From Candidatus Omnitrophota bacterium (lineage in GTDB: Bacteria > Omnitrophota > Gorgyraeia > Zapsychrales > JAHFFX01), in the NCBI GenBank assembly GCA_023247725.1, contig JAHFFW010000006.1, positions 11,210-75,209 of the forward strand: a stretch of DNA of 64,000 nt, read 5' to 3'. Positions within the stretch are counted from its first letter, which is position 1. Each line of letters begins with the position of its first letter. Under the pieces are notes generated by a model that did no database searches, was not told where the DNA came from, and saw only the letters and a program-made list of their open reading frames with translations. A program made the translations under genes and the position numbers. Shown piece after piece: positions 49,061 to 58,624 of the stretch.

Positions 49061-49696
49061 TTATTGACCCTCCACATAACGGCTGAGGGATCGCTGGATC
49101 CAAATGATGCATCCCAAAAGAAAAAATGCCCCCGGGGCCAAGACCAGCATGCCGTTGTTGACATATCCGGCCGCGTAAAACGCCTTCGGCACGACGGAAA
49201 ATCCCAATAAGGTGCCGCTGCCAAAAATTTCCCGGATCGTTCCCAGAATGATCAAAACGCTGCTGTATCCTAAACCATTGCCAAGACCATCGAGAAAAGA
49301 TTTCCACGGCGGGTTGCCCATGGCAAAGGCCTCGAGTCGCCCCATGACAATGCAATTGGTGATGATCAGGCCCACGAATACGCTCAATTGCTTGCTGACA
49401 TCGTACATATATGATTTTAAAATTTGATCGATCGTAATGACCAGCGCGGACACGACCGTCAATTGCACAATAATGCGGATCTGCGGCGGAATGAAATTCC
49501 GAATGCAGGAAATGACGACATTCGACATCGCGGTCACAAACGTCAGACCAAAGGCCATAATCATCGCCGTTTTCAATTGAGTGGTCACGGCCAATGAGGA
49601 ACAGATGCCCAGGATCTGAAAGGTCACGGGATTCGCATCCCACAGGCCGTCCTTGATAATCTTTTTATTTTTTTGGGAAAGCAGTGCTTCTGGCAT
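49061..49696 (-). CDS. nqrD: Na+-NQR subunit D
   Basis: LGICSSLAVT and LIITNCIVMGR motifs. Confidence 0.96.
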   Translation of the reverse strand: MPEALLSQKNKKIIKDGLWDANPVTFQILGICSSLAVTTQLKTAMIMAFGLTFVTAMSNVVISCIRNFIPPQIRIIVQLTVVSALVITIDQILKSYMYDVSKQLSVFVGLIITNCIVMGRLEAFAMGNPPWKSFLDGLGNGLGYSSVLIILGTIREIFGSGTLLGFSVVPKAFYAAGYVNNGMLVLAPGAFFLLGCIIWIQRSLSRYVEGQ

Positions 49697-49773
49697 GGAA
49701 CTCCTCCTTATATTTTTAAGCTACAAAATATTATATCATTCTTTCCGTCGGTAATAATCATTCAATCTTTCCT

Positions 49774-50499
49774 TCACGAAATTTTTCTCACTTTGCTGAA
49801 ATAAGGTTCATACAATCGCAAGGTTCGATCCAGCATTTCGGTCACACCGTTGCCGGTGATCGTGGCCGCGGTGATTCCATCGACCGCATGATTTAAGGCT
49901 TCTCCCTGCGCGTGGTTGGCGGCCTTGCCCTTGACCACGATGATCGGAGTGAGCGCTTTTTTCTCAAGGGAGTAAATCGTCTTCCCCTTAAAATTATTCT
50001 GAAACCATTCCTTTTCAATTTCAGCGCCAAGCCCTGGGGTTTCGCCGTGTTTATAAAAGGTGATGCCTCGGACCTTAACCGCATCGCCTTCTAACGCCAG
50101 ATAGCCGTACAGCGTGGACCAAAGGCCTTGTCCCACGATGGGAAAGGCGTAGGAAACCACCTCTTCGTCTTCCCTATATATATAGAGGGGAAAGAGGCCC
50201 TCTTTTCCCTTAATGTCCTTGGGCTTGATGCCTTCGACAACATTGCCGTCTTTATCAATCACGACTTCCTCAATCTTATTTTCATAAACCTTAAGAACGT
50301 CGGGTCCTTTGGCTTGGGCTGGAATCGGTTCTTTCAAAACGACGGCCTTGAGGATATTCTTTTTGATATCCAAATCAAAATTCAATTCCTGTTTCTCCCG
50401 GAACCCTTCCGAGACCGCTGATAACAGCACTCCGCACACAATGCACACGACCGCGGCAAAACCAAACACATAGCCTGTGGAATTGATATTGAACTTCAT
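49774..50499 (-). CDS. nqrC: Na+-NQR subunit C
   Basis: GLWSTLYG, HGETPGLG and the FMN attachment site DGITAAT. Confidence 0.95.
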   Translation of the reverse strand: MKFNINSTGYVFGFAAVVCIVCGVLLSAVSEGFREKQELNFDLDIKKNILKAVVLKEPIPAQAKGPDVLKVYENKIEEVVIDKDGNVVEGIKPKDIKGKEGLFPLYIYREDEEVVSYAFPIVGQGLWSTLYGYLALEGDAVKVRGITFYKHGETPGLGAEIEKEWFQNNFKGKTIYSLEKKALTPIIVVKGKAANHAQGEALNHAVDGITAATITGNGVTEMLDRTLRLYEPYFSKVRKIS

Positions 50500-51698
50500 G
50501 ATTTCGAATTGGCCTTGATGGGCACGGCGCCCGCCGGCGTCAACTTTTTATTGCGTTGTTTGATATGGGCCTGCAAAACAAAATAATCAATAAGCGGCGC
50601 AAAAATATTCATCAGCAAAATCGCAAGCATAACCCCTTCGGGATAGGCGGGATTAATATCCCGGATCAAAACCGTCAAGACCCCGATCAAGATGCCATAA
50701 ATCCAGCGTCCGACGTTCGTGGCGCTGCCGGAGACTGGATCGGTCGCCATAAAGACGGCCCCAAAAGCAAATCCACCCAAAGCGATGTGCCAGTGCGGCG
50801 GCAAGGCGTAAATCCCAAATGTATTTGGTCCCCGCAAAAGATAAAAAACCGTGCTCATGCCCAGGAGTCCGAGGAAGCAACCGGCGACAATCCGCCAACT
50901 CGCCACGCGTGTGATTAACAAAAACGCCAATCCCATGAGACAAGCCCATACCGAGGTTTCGCCAATCGAACCGGGAATAAATCCATTAAAAAGATTGGCC
51001 ACGTGGTAACCTTGATTGGCCAGGGCTGCAATTGGATCCCCGCCACGGCCGACCTCCTTGAGAACCGCCAAGGGAGTTGCGCGGGTAAAACCGTCGACCG
51101 CGACCCAGACCACGGAACCTGACATGCTGGCCGGATAAGCAAAAAACACAAACGCGCGAGCCACCAATGCCGGATTGAAAATGTTCATCCCGGTCCCGCC
51201 GAAGATTTCTTTTCCAAAGACCACGCCGAAGGAAATCCCGACGGCGACCTGCCACAATGGAATCGTCGGTGGCAATGTTAAGGCATAAAGAATTCCGGTG
51301 ACCAGAAATCCCTCATTGATTTCATGACGGCGGCTGACCGCGAAAATGACTTCCCAAAATCCACCGGCCACATAGGAAACCAGAATGATCGGTAAGACTT
51401 TTTCCAGCCCCAGCCACCAGATCTGCGCATTATGGATGGCTTGCCCTTTGGCCAAAAGAATCTGGTAGCCGGTGTTATAAATTCCCATAAGGATGGCCGG
51501 AATAAGGGCAATGACCACTAACATCATGACCCGCTTCAAATCCACCGCGTCGCGGACATGCGGTCCTTTTTTGGTGACCTTGCCGGTCGTGAGCAAAAAG
51601 GAATCCAGGGCCTCATAAACCGGATAAAATTTGGCCAAGGGTTTGCCCGTTTCGAATAAAGGGGATAGTTTGTGTAATGATTTTTCGAGTAAATTCAT
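50496..51698 (-). CDS. nqrB: Na+-NQR subunit B
   Basis: HVRDAVDLKRVM, KEIFGGTG, DGFTRATPL, FMATDPVS and YPEG motifs. Confidence 0.95.
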   Translation of the reverse strand: MNLLEKSLHKLSPLFETGKPLAKFYPVYEALDSFLLTTGKVTKKGPHVRDAVDLKRVMMLVVIALIPAILMGIYNTGYQILLAKGQAIHNAQIWWLGLEKVLPIILVSYVAGGFWEVIFAVSRRHEINEGFLVTGILYALTLPPTIPLWQVAVGISFGVVFGKEIFGGTGMNIFNPALVARAFVFFAYPASMSGSVVWVAVDGFTRATPLAVLKEVGRGGDPIAALANQGYHVANLFNGFIPGSIGETSVWACLMGLAFLLITRVASWRIVAGCFLGLLGMSTVFYLLRGPNTFGIYALPPHWHIALGGFAFGAVFMATDPVSGSATNVGRWIYGILIGVLTVLIRDINPAYPEGVMLAILLMNIFAPLIDYFVLQAHIKQRNKKLTPAGAVPIKANSKS

Positions 51699-51792
51699 AA
51701 TTCGCTTTGTCGCCGGGTCATAAAAGTCACCATTAATTCGATCAGTCAAAATACTTGTGACTGGCAGGCATGTGACTGGTCACGGGTCACTT

Positions 51793-53142
51793 TTATCCCT
51801 CTCTTTCAATCTCATCCAACCCCTGCCGGATGATTCCCCCGATATCTAATTTCGAAGGGTCAGCAAACGAGCACAACGCAAAATCCTCTTCATCACACTC
51901 TAAAATTCCTAATTTCTCCGCTTCCTCAATATCCCCGGAATAAATTGCCCGAATCAAAAAAAATGTCAGGATATCCAGAGCAACATATCGATCATAGCTG
52001 TCATTGAGCACGATGGCCCTTTCGCTGCCTTTGGCATCGGTATCCAAGGAAATTTCTTTTTCCGGAAAAAAAGAAGACAAAAATGTTTTGGAAAAACTAT
52101 AAGCCTTCCATCCGGGCGTCAGCCAACCCAGAAAATGCCGTTCTCCCCCTTCGGGGATGACGGTGATTTGAGAATCATAAAATCCCAGAAAACCATTCTG
52201 GCCAGCATTGGTTCCATTGAAGACACTTCCGGAAATGTATCGCATGTCGCCTTTGAGCTTTCCGCCCATCACATCATGGATCGAGGAACCAACCAGGGTC
52301 TTGACGTAAACCCGGTTGTCGGCCCCTTCACCGGTCAAGGCCACCACGCGTTCGCCACTATAAGATCCATTTAGAAATAAAGCTGCACCCCGCAAAACAT
52401 CCGGAGCCGAAATGTACCAAACGATATCGCCTTTTTTGATCGGATCAATAAAGTGAATGTGCGTACTGACATTTCCCGTCGGATGAGGTCCGGCAAAACG
52501 GTGAATCCGAACGTTCTGAGATTGGGTTAAGGCCGGACTTGTTGCCTTGTCCGAAATACACAAATGCACCTCGCCATCGGTTAAACGGCGCAGGACTTCT
52601 AATCCGGCTTGGAATAATCCTTCCTGGCCTTGCAGCAGGAAATCGAAATCTGGTGCCAATGGCTCGCTATTCATTCCTTGAACAAAAATGGATTTGGGAT
52701 GATCGGAAGGATTAGCCAGCCTGGAAAACGGCCGCTGGCGAATGGCCGGCCACATCCCGCCGTCTAACAGCTGTTGAATGGCGTCGTGGCGGGCCATTTT
52801 TTTGATCTCCTCAACGGAAAATTTATGCAAACCCAGGGTTTCCTGCCGGCGGTCTGACTCGATGATGATTTGAAGGAGGACTCTTTTTTCTCCTCGGACA
52901 ATGGCGATGACCTTGCCGCTAACTGGAGAAACGATTTTGATTGTGGGATTATTTTTATCGGACAAAATCGGCGACCCAACCTTAATCACATCATTTTCTT
53001 GGACGTCCAGCTTGGGTTTTAATCCGCGAAAATCGGCGAGACGAATGGCAATCCTTGCGGCAGACGCAAGTGAGATGATTTGTTTTAAAGCGGCGCCTTT
53101 AAGCTTAAGATCGCGCCCCTTTTGTAGAATGATTGTTTCCAT
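51793..53142 (-). CDS. nqrA: Na+-NQR subunit A
   Basis: SPVSG, RGEKR, RQRPF, GPHPTG and EEDFALCSF motifs; first gene of the nqr operon. Confidence 0.94.
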   Translation of the reverse strand: METIILQKGRDLKLKGAALKQIISLASAARIAIRLADFRGLKPKLDVQENDVIKVGSPILSDKNNPTIKIVSPVSGKVIAIVRGEKRVLLQIIIESDRRQETLGLHKFSVEEIKKMARHDAIQQLLDGGMWPAIRQRPFSRLANPSDHPKSIFVQGMNSEPLAPDFDFLLQGQEGLFQAGLEVLRRLTDGEVHLCISDKATSPALTQSQNVRIHRFAGPHPTGNVSTHIHFIDPIKKGDIVWYISAPDVLRGAALFLNGSYSGERVVALTGEGADNRVYVKTLVGSSIHDVMGGKLKGDMRYISGSVFNGTNAGQNGFLGFYDSQITVIPEGGERHFLGWLTPGWKAYSFSKTFLSSFFPEKEISLDTDAKGSERAIVLNDSYDRYVALDILTFFLIRAIYSGDIEEAEKLGILECDEEDFALCSFADPSKLDIGGIIRQGLDEIEREG

Positions 53143-53263
53143 ATCAAATGAGGGGAAAAAAGGCCTGGGGTGGTAATGAAGCGCATATTAACATAGCGCC
53201 ATTTTCAAAGCAATATGATTTTGGGTTCTCTAAGTGTAGACCGGCTCGAACATCAGATAAAGG

Positions 53264-54463
53264 TTACCGATGGGATGGAATTCTTTGAATGATGACGCTC
53301 ACCGCTCCGCCCCCTCCCAGACAAACACAGGCTAGTCCTAAATCTTTTTTTAGATCCACCAGGGCATGAAGCAATGTGACGAGAATCCGCGCTCCGGCAG
53401 CACCCAAGGGATGACCCAAAGCGAGGTCACCGCCATAAATATTCATTTTATGACTGGGGATGTTCAATCTTTTTTGAGTGAAAATTGCCTGAGCGGCAAA
53501 AGCCTCGTCAATCTCAAAAAGATCGATGTCTTTCAACCTAAGCCCCGCCCTTTGCAAGCATTGTTTAATACAAGGAATGCTGGCGGTGAAAACCTTTTGC
53601 GGCTCCACACCCATGAGACTCCAGCTCACCACCCTCGCTAAGGGTTTAATTTTTAATTTTTTCACCAGTTCATCGCGGGCCAAGGCAACCAGAGCAGCGC
53701 CATCTCCTGGTGATGAAGAATTTCCGGCGGTGACAGTCCCCCCGCTCATAAAAGCTGCCGGAAGCTCGGTCAAACGTTTGCGGTTGATATGTTTTCGCAG
53801 GCGCTCATCGTAATTCAAAACCTGTCCGTGATCAATGCGCAAGGGGATGATTTCATTAAAAAATTTTTTCTTTCGTTGGGCTCGATAGGCCTTGCGGTGG
53901 CTTTGAAAAGCATAGGTATCCTGGAGCCGACGGGAAATTCCCGCCACATCAATGAGTTCTTCACATAATTCGCCCATATGCCGTTCGGACAATTGACAAT
54001 AAAGTCCGTCATACTGAAGACTGGGGATAATGCCTTTTTGATCATCTTTTTCTTGCTTGGGATGAAAGATCAAATCCGGGGTTAGGGATGCGCTCTCCAC
54101 ACCCCCGGCGAGCACAAATTGAGAATAACCCGACAACAGCGACTGGGCCCCCAGCACCACGGAGGTTAATCCGCCGGCACAAACATGGTTGACCGTATAG
54201 GCGGCGCTACGAGCAGGCAAACCGGCCTGGATCGCCGCTTGACGGGCCAAATTCTGTCCTTGGCCCGCGCCGACGGCATTCCCGAAAATAACCTCGTCGA
54301 CGATTTTACCTGATAGGCGGTTGCGGCGTAGAATTTGACGGATCAAAACGGCTCCTAAGAAGGCGCAGTCAAAATCTTTGAGGCTTTTATGCGCGCTGCC
54401 GATGGGCGTTCGCACCCCATCAATAATATAAACGAACTGGGCAGTGTTGAATTTCTCCATCAA
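53264..54463 (-). CDS. Thiolase (acetyl-CoA C-acyltransferase)
   Basis: RTPIG, NHVCAGG, TAGNSS, EAFA, GHPLGA and CLGGG motifs. Confidence 0.92.
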   Translation of the reverse strand: MMEKFNTAQFVYIIDGVRTPIGSAHKSLKDFDCAFLGAVLIRQILRRNRLSGKIVDEVIFGNAVGAGQGQNLARQAAIQAGLPARSAAYTVNHVCAGGLTSVVLGAQSLLSGYSQFVLAGGVESASLTPDLIFHPKQEKDDQKGIIPSLQYDGLYCQLSERHMGELCEELIDVAGISRRLQDTYAFQSHRKAYRAQRKKKFFNEIIPLRIDHGQVLNYDERLRKHINRKRLTELPAAFMSGGTVTAGNSSSPGDGAALVALARDELVKKLKIKPLARVVSWSLMGVEPQKVFTASIPCIKQCLQRAGLRLKDIDLFEIDEAFAAQAIFTQKRLNIPSHKMNIYGGDLALGHPLGAAGARILVTLLHALVDLKKDLGLACVCLGGGGAVSVIIQRIPSHR

Positions 54464-54464
54464 G

Positions 54465-55562
54465 TTAAAGCTTTTCCAAAATCATTTTGACGTCGATGTA
54501 TCTTTTGACCAGCCGGCCAGCTTCCTTAATCTTATCCTTATCGGTTTTTTCAATCTTGCAAATCAGGGATTCAACCTTACCGGCTACGGTATAAGTGTCA
54601 TCGGGGCTTAAAAGAACCGGAATCCGGCTGCGTTTCAACAAATCGATGATCTTTTCATCCGGGATCATTCCCCCCGTTAGAATGATTCCAGCAATGATCA
54701 ACCGCTTCCCGTGTCGGATCAAATGGGAGCTGATGGAAACCAAAATGTTGTCGATCCGATCTCCGGAGGTAATGACCAGCGCTCCATTACGCAAATACGT
54801 CATCATATTTTGGGGTTCCATGGCGGCGACGATCGTATTTTCCACATGCGCGCCGAGACTGTCTTTGCCGCAAAGGAGATCGAGATTCAACTGGTTCATA
54901 ACCTGTTTGACCGTTGGAGCACTGAGGATGGGATCGACCGGAAGCACACCCAAAAGTCGAATGCCCTTATGTTTTAGCCCTACGGCCAACGTTTTTTTGA
55001 TCTTATCGAATTTTTCCGGCCGGACTTTATTGATAATAACGCCCAAGACTTCCACCTTTTTGAGATCAAAAAGCGCCTTGTTGAGCATGATTTCATCGAT
55101 CGATCTCCCAATCCCGCCTTGCGCGATCATGATAACTTTCGATCCCAAAAGTCTGGCCACATCGGCATTGGAAAAATCAATGACCGACCCCACGCCCGCG
55201 TGACCGGTTCCCTCCACGATGATGGCGTCGCTGTTTTTGGTTAACCGGGCGAAGGATTTTTCGATCGCTTCTTGCAGAACACTTTTATCAGGATTGAAGA
55301 TGTATTTTTCCGTAAAACCACGTTCCAAGGTAATCGGACTCATCTCTTTATATCGACGCGAACAACGATAAACCTCGCCCATGAGATACGAATCCTTGTC
55401 CACATTTTGATTGCGAACCGTAATCACTTTTTGGCCGATTGGTTTCATGAATACGGTGCGCAAGCGGTGTTCTCGAAAAAATTTATAAAGACCCAAGGCC
55501 AAGGTTGTCTTTCCCGCATTTTGGTAAATGGAGGAAATGAAAATATTCTTCAATCTTTTCAT
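54465..55562 (-). CDS. BioD-like P-loop plus DRTGG domain protein (Pta N-terminal-like)
   Basis: NAGKTT, MKPIG, VEGTGHAGVG, SGDR and ILTGG motifs. Confidence 0.85.
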   Translation of the reverse strand: MKRLKNIFISSIYQNAGKTTLALGLYKFFREHRLRTVFMKPIGQKVITVRNQNVDKDSYLMGEVYRCSRRYKEMSPITLERGFTEKYIFNPDKSVLQEAIEKSFARLTKNSDAIIVEGTGHAGVGSVIDFSNADVARLLGSKVIMIAQGGIGRSIDEIMLNKALFDLKKVEVLGVIINKVRPEKFDKIKKTLAVGLKHKGIRLLGVLPVDPILSAPTVKQVMNQLNLDLLCGKDSLGAHVENTIVAAMEPQNMMTYLRNGALVITSGDRIDNILVSISSHLIRHGKRLIIAGIILTGGMIPDEKIIDLLKRSRIPVLLSPDDTYTVAGKVESLICKIEKTDKDKIKEAGRLVKRYIDVKMILEKL

Positions 55563-55637
55563 AAAATCAATTGTCGACTAGGAAATGAAAGATTACTAGA
55601 AAAATATTATAGTATGTTTGGGGAGGGAATGTTACTG

Positions 55638-56507
55638 TTACTTTAATTTTTGCTGGATCCTTGCGGGGATTTCATCGGGGGAATCAACCACCTCCACGCC
55701 AGCGGCTCGCAAAACCTTTATTTTAGTCTCAGCGGTGGTGTCGCCGGAGGAGATGATGGCGCCGGCGTGTCCCATGCGTTTGCCCGCGGGGGCCGTCTTG
55801 CCGGCGATAAAACCTACGACGGGTTTTTTCATTGAGGAAGAAATAAACTGGGCGGCTTGCTGTTCGTCCTCTCCGCCTATCTCGCCGACCAGAACCACAC
55901 CCTTCGTGTCCCGATCAGCCTCGAATAGCTTTAAGATATCAATGAATCTCATCCCAATAATGGGATCTCCCCCCAGACCAACGCAGGAAGATTGACCAAT
56001 CCCACTCATCGTGAGGTTGTAAACCACTTCATAGGTCAGGGTACCGCTTCGCGAAACCACGCCGATTGAGCCGGGACGATGGATATGACCAGGAAGGATT
56101 CCTACTTTAGATTTCCCCGGAGAAATCAATCCGGGGCAGTTGGGTCCATTAAGATGAATGGAGGTTCCTTTGAGGCGATGTTTGATTCCCACCATATCGA
56201 GAACGGGAATTCCTTCCGTGATACAGACGATGAGTTCAATACCGGCGTCGATATCTTCGAGCATGGCCGCCTTGGCAAAGGGCGCCGGCACATAAATCGC
56301 CGCGGCGTTGGCCTCGGTCATTTTTTTCGCCTCTTTAACCGAATTAAATACCGGGACCCCGTGAACACTCTGGCCACCTTTGCCTGGCGTGACTCCAGCC
56401 ACGACCTTGGTGCCGTATTCGAGCATCTTTTGGGTATGGAAAGAACCGTCGCGGCCTGTGATGCCTTGGACGATGAGCCTGGTATTCTCGTCGATAAGGA
56501 TACTCAT
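55638..56507 (-). CDS. sucD: Succinyl-CoA synthetase alpha subunit
   Basis: [20 protein letters not shown] and MGHAGA motifs. Confidence 0.96.
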   Translation of the reverse strand: MSILIDENTRLIVQGITGRDGSFHTQKMLEYGTKVVAGVTPGKGGQSVHGVPVFNSVKEAKKMTEANAAAIYVPAPFAKAAMLEDIDAGIELIVCITEGIPVLDMVGIKHRLKGTSIHLNGPNCPGLISPGKSKVGILPGHIHRPGSIGVVSRSGTLTYEVVYNLTMSGIGQSSCVGLGGDPIIGMRFIDILKLFEADRDTKGVVLVGEIGGEDEQQAAQFISSSMKKPVVGFIAGKTAPAGKRMGHAGAIISSGDTTAETKIKVLRAAGVEVVDSPDEIPARIQQKLK

Positions 56508-56625
56508 AGGTTTCTATTCTATCGGAATTCCGTAGGATGAGGGACGACCGCTCCCCTATTTGTGGCGCCAGTCGCTCGGACGAGGGACGTAGGATACTCT
56601 TTGAATCGTCCTTCGTCCCTCGGAC

Positions 56626-57762
56626 TTAAATTTTACTCGCCAACGCCACGGCCTCCTGAATTGCCTCCCGCATGGTGGCGAACATCCGGAGATTAGCGCC
56701 GGACAAAAGTTCCTTAGCTTCTTTTTCGTTCGTTCCGGTCAAACGGATGACCAGAGGAACGGAGATCTTGATCTGCTGTCTGGCTTCGAGGATTCCTTTG
56801 GCAATGTCATCACAACGGGTGATTCCGCCGAAAATATTGATGAGAATACTGGTGACGTTTTTGTTCTTTAAAATAATCTTTAAGGCGTTGAGGACCTTTT
56901 CGGGATTGGAGCTGCCGCCGACATCTAAAAAATTAGCGGGTTCTCCGCCGAATAGTTTGATCACATCCATCGTCGCCATGGCGAGGCCAGCCCCATTGAC
57001 AATGCAACCCACATTGCCTTCCATTTTGACGAAACTCAAACCCTTTTGCTTGGCCTCCAACTCGTCGGGCTCTTCATAATTGAAATCGATGAGCTTTTGG
57101 ATCTCTGGCTGACGGAACAAGGCATTGTCATCAAAATTGATTTTAGCGTCAGCGGCAAACCACCGGCCTTTTTTATCCATGACCAAGGGATTAATTTCGG
57201 CCAGGGAACAATCGAGTTTATAAAAAACCTGAACGAGTTTCTGTAAAATGGCGCCGGCGGGTGCTTGCAGATTCGGTTCGGGAAAAACCTGTCGCAAAAA
57301 TCCCGGCCATTGCTGGGGATCCACTTCTTTTTGGCCGCCCATATAAATTTTGTGAATTTTTTCCGGAGACTTTTTGGCGGTTTCTTCAATATCAACCCCG
57401 CCGGCTGAACTGGCGATCAAAACCACATCGTCTTTCACATTGTCAACGGTCAAGGCCACATAAAATTCTCTTTCGATGTCCAGAGCTTTGACGATGAGGA
57501 TTTTTTCTACGGTATAATTTTTAATCCGCAGGGCCTTGATTTCGGAAAAATACTTTTCAAGCTCAATTTTATCTTTAGCTAACTTTACGCCGCCCGCCTT
57601 GCCGCGTCCGCCAACCAGGACTTGGGCCTTGAGAACAACCGGAAAGCCCAGGGTTGAAACAATATCCTGGGCCTCGTCGATGTCTTCGGCCACCTGGCCG
57701 CCCGCAACCGGAATTCCCGCATGCCGGAATAATTCGATGGCCTGATATTCGTGGATTTTCAT
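56626..57762 (-). CDS. sucC: Succinyl-CoA synthetase beta subunit
   Basis: HEYQA, GGRGKAGGV, NGAGLAMATMD and NFLDVGG motifs. Confidence 0.96.
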   Translation of the reverse strand: MKIHEYQAIELFRHAGIPVAGGQVAEDIDEAQDIVSTLGFPVVLKAQVLVGGRGKAGGVKLAKDKIELEKYFSEIKALRIKNYTVEKILIVKALDIEREFYVALTVDNVKDDVVLIASSAGGVDIEETAKKSPEKIHKIYMGGQKEVDPQQWPGFLRQVFPEPNLQAPAGAILQKLVQVFYKLDCSLAEINPLVMDKKGRWFAADAKINFDDNALFRQPEIQKLIDFNYEEPDELEAKQKGLSFVKMEGNVGCIVNGAGLAMATMDVIKLFGGEPANFLDVGGSSNPEKVLNALKIILKNKNVTSILINIFGGITRCDDIAKGILEARQQIKISVPLVIRLTGTNEKEAKELLSGANLRMFATMREAIQEAVALASKI

Positions 57763-57766
57763 AGGT

Positions 57767-57967
57767 TAACGTGGGACATCGGACGTCCGCACTTGACTAG
57801 AACAGCAGGTGCTCGGACGTAGGATGTCTTCATTACAAAATGATCCTACAACTTTTTCTCCGCTACGTCCCTCATTTTTCCTTCCAAGTAGACCTCTCAT
57901 TGCTACGTCCCGCGTCCAAACGACACTGAGCATTTAGCGAGGAGTGGACGAACTTACGTCCTACGTT
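57767..57967. repeat. Second ACGTCC-heptamer inverted-repeat element
   Basis: aacgtgggacatcggacgtcc ... gcgtccaaacgac..tagcgaggagtggacg..acgtcctacgtt parallels 1998-2364. Confidence 0.75.
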
Positions 57968-58016
57968 ATTAAAAGTTGGTAAGCATCCTATCACGGGTTT
58001 AATTCTTTGTAAATTA

Positions 58017-58622
58017 CTAATGCCGGGTTGAATCTTTTTCTGGCATGAGATACTTGACCAAGGAGGAAAGTGTCTTAACACCGACCGCACCATCGGCTTT
58101 TAAATTATTTTGGCGCTGAAAATCGGCGATGGCCTTGAGTGTTTTAGGTCCGAATTTTCCATCCATGCGTCCGGGAAAGAAGCCGGCATTTTTTAAGGCG
58201 AACTGCAGTTGATGGTACTGGATTTCACCATTTTTAACCAAGCCGCTTGCCTCGAACTTATGCAATTGATTCCAGGTGGGCTGGTCGATAAAACGCGTCG
58301 CTTTCAGTCCGTTATCTTCCTGGAAGCGAGCGACGGCCATCCGCGTATTGGTTCCTAATTTTCCGTCAATTGGGCCAGGATTATAGCCATATAATTTCAA
58401 AAGTTTTTGAACATCCTTGACGGCAGGATTTTCCTGGGAGGGAATCAGATCTCCTAAAAGTTCTCGTTCCTGTGCCCCTTCCTTTTGCAGCATGCGATAC
58501 AATAAGTCACAGCCGCAACAGCACAAAACCGATGGCATGAGAAAAAAAACGGCTAATTGGGTTAAAACGTTGCGGGACATAAAGTCGTGTATAAAAATTC
58601 CATAACGAGTCTTTTCTTGCAA
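58017..58622 (-). CDS. Peptidoglycan-binding domain protein, possibly a lipoprotein
   Basis: Two PG_binding_1 repeats (PGPIDGKLG..T..A..FQ; DGKFGPKT..A..FQ). Start uncertain. Confidence 0.85.
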   Translation of the reverse strand: MQEKTRYGIFIHDFMSRNVLTQLAVFFLMPSVLCCCGCDLLYRMLQKEGAQERELLGDLIPSQENPAVKDVQKLLKLYGYNPGPIDGKLGTNTRMAVARFQEDNGLKATRFIDQPTWNQLHKFEASGLVKNGEIQYHQLQFALKNAGFFPGRMDGKFGPKTLKAIADFQRQNNLKADGAVGVKTLSSLVKYLMPEKDSTRH

Positions 58623-58624
58623 AA

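Noticed and set aside
1998-57967. Dispersed repeats as a CRISPR array or autonomous IS
   Set aside because: There are no regularly spaced identical repeats with unique spacers, and no cas or transposase gene in the window.
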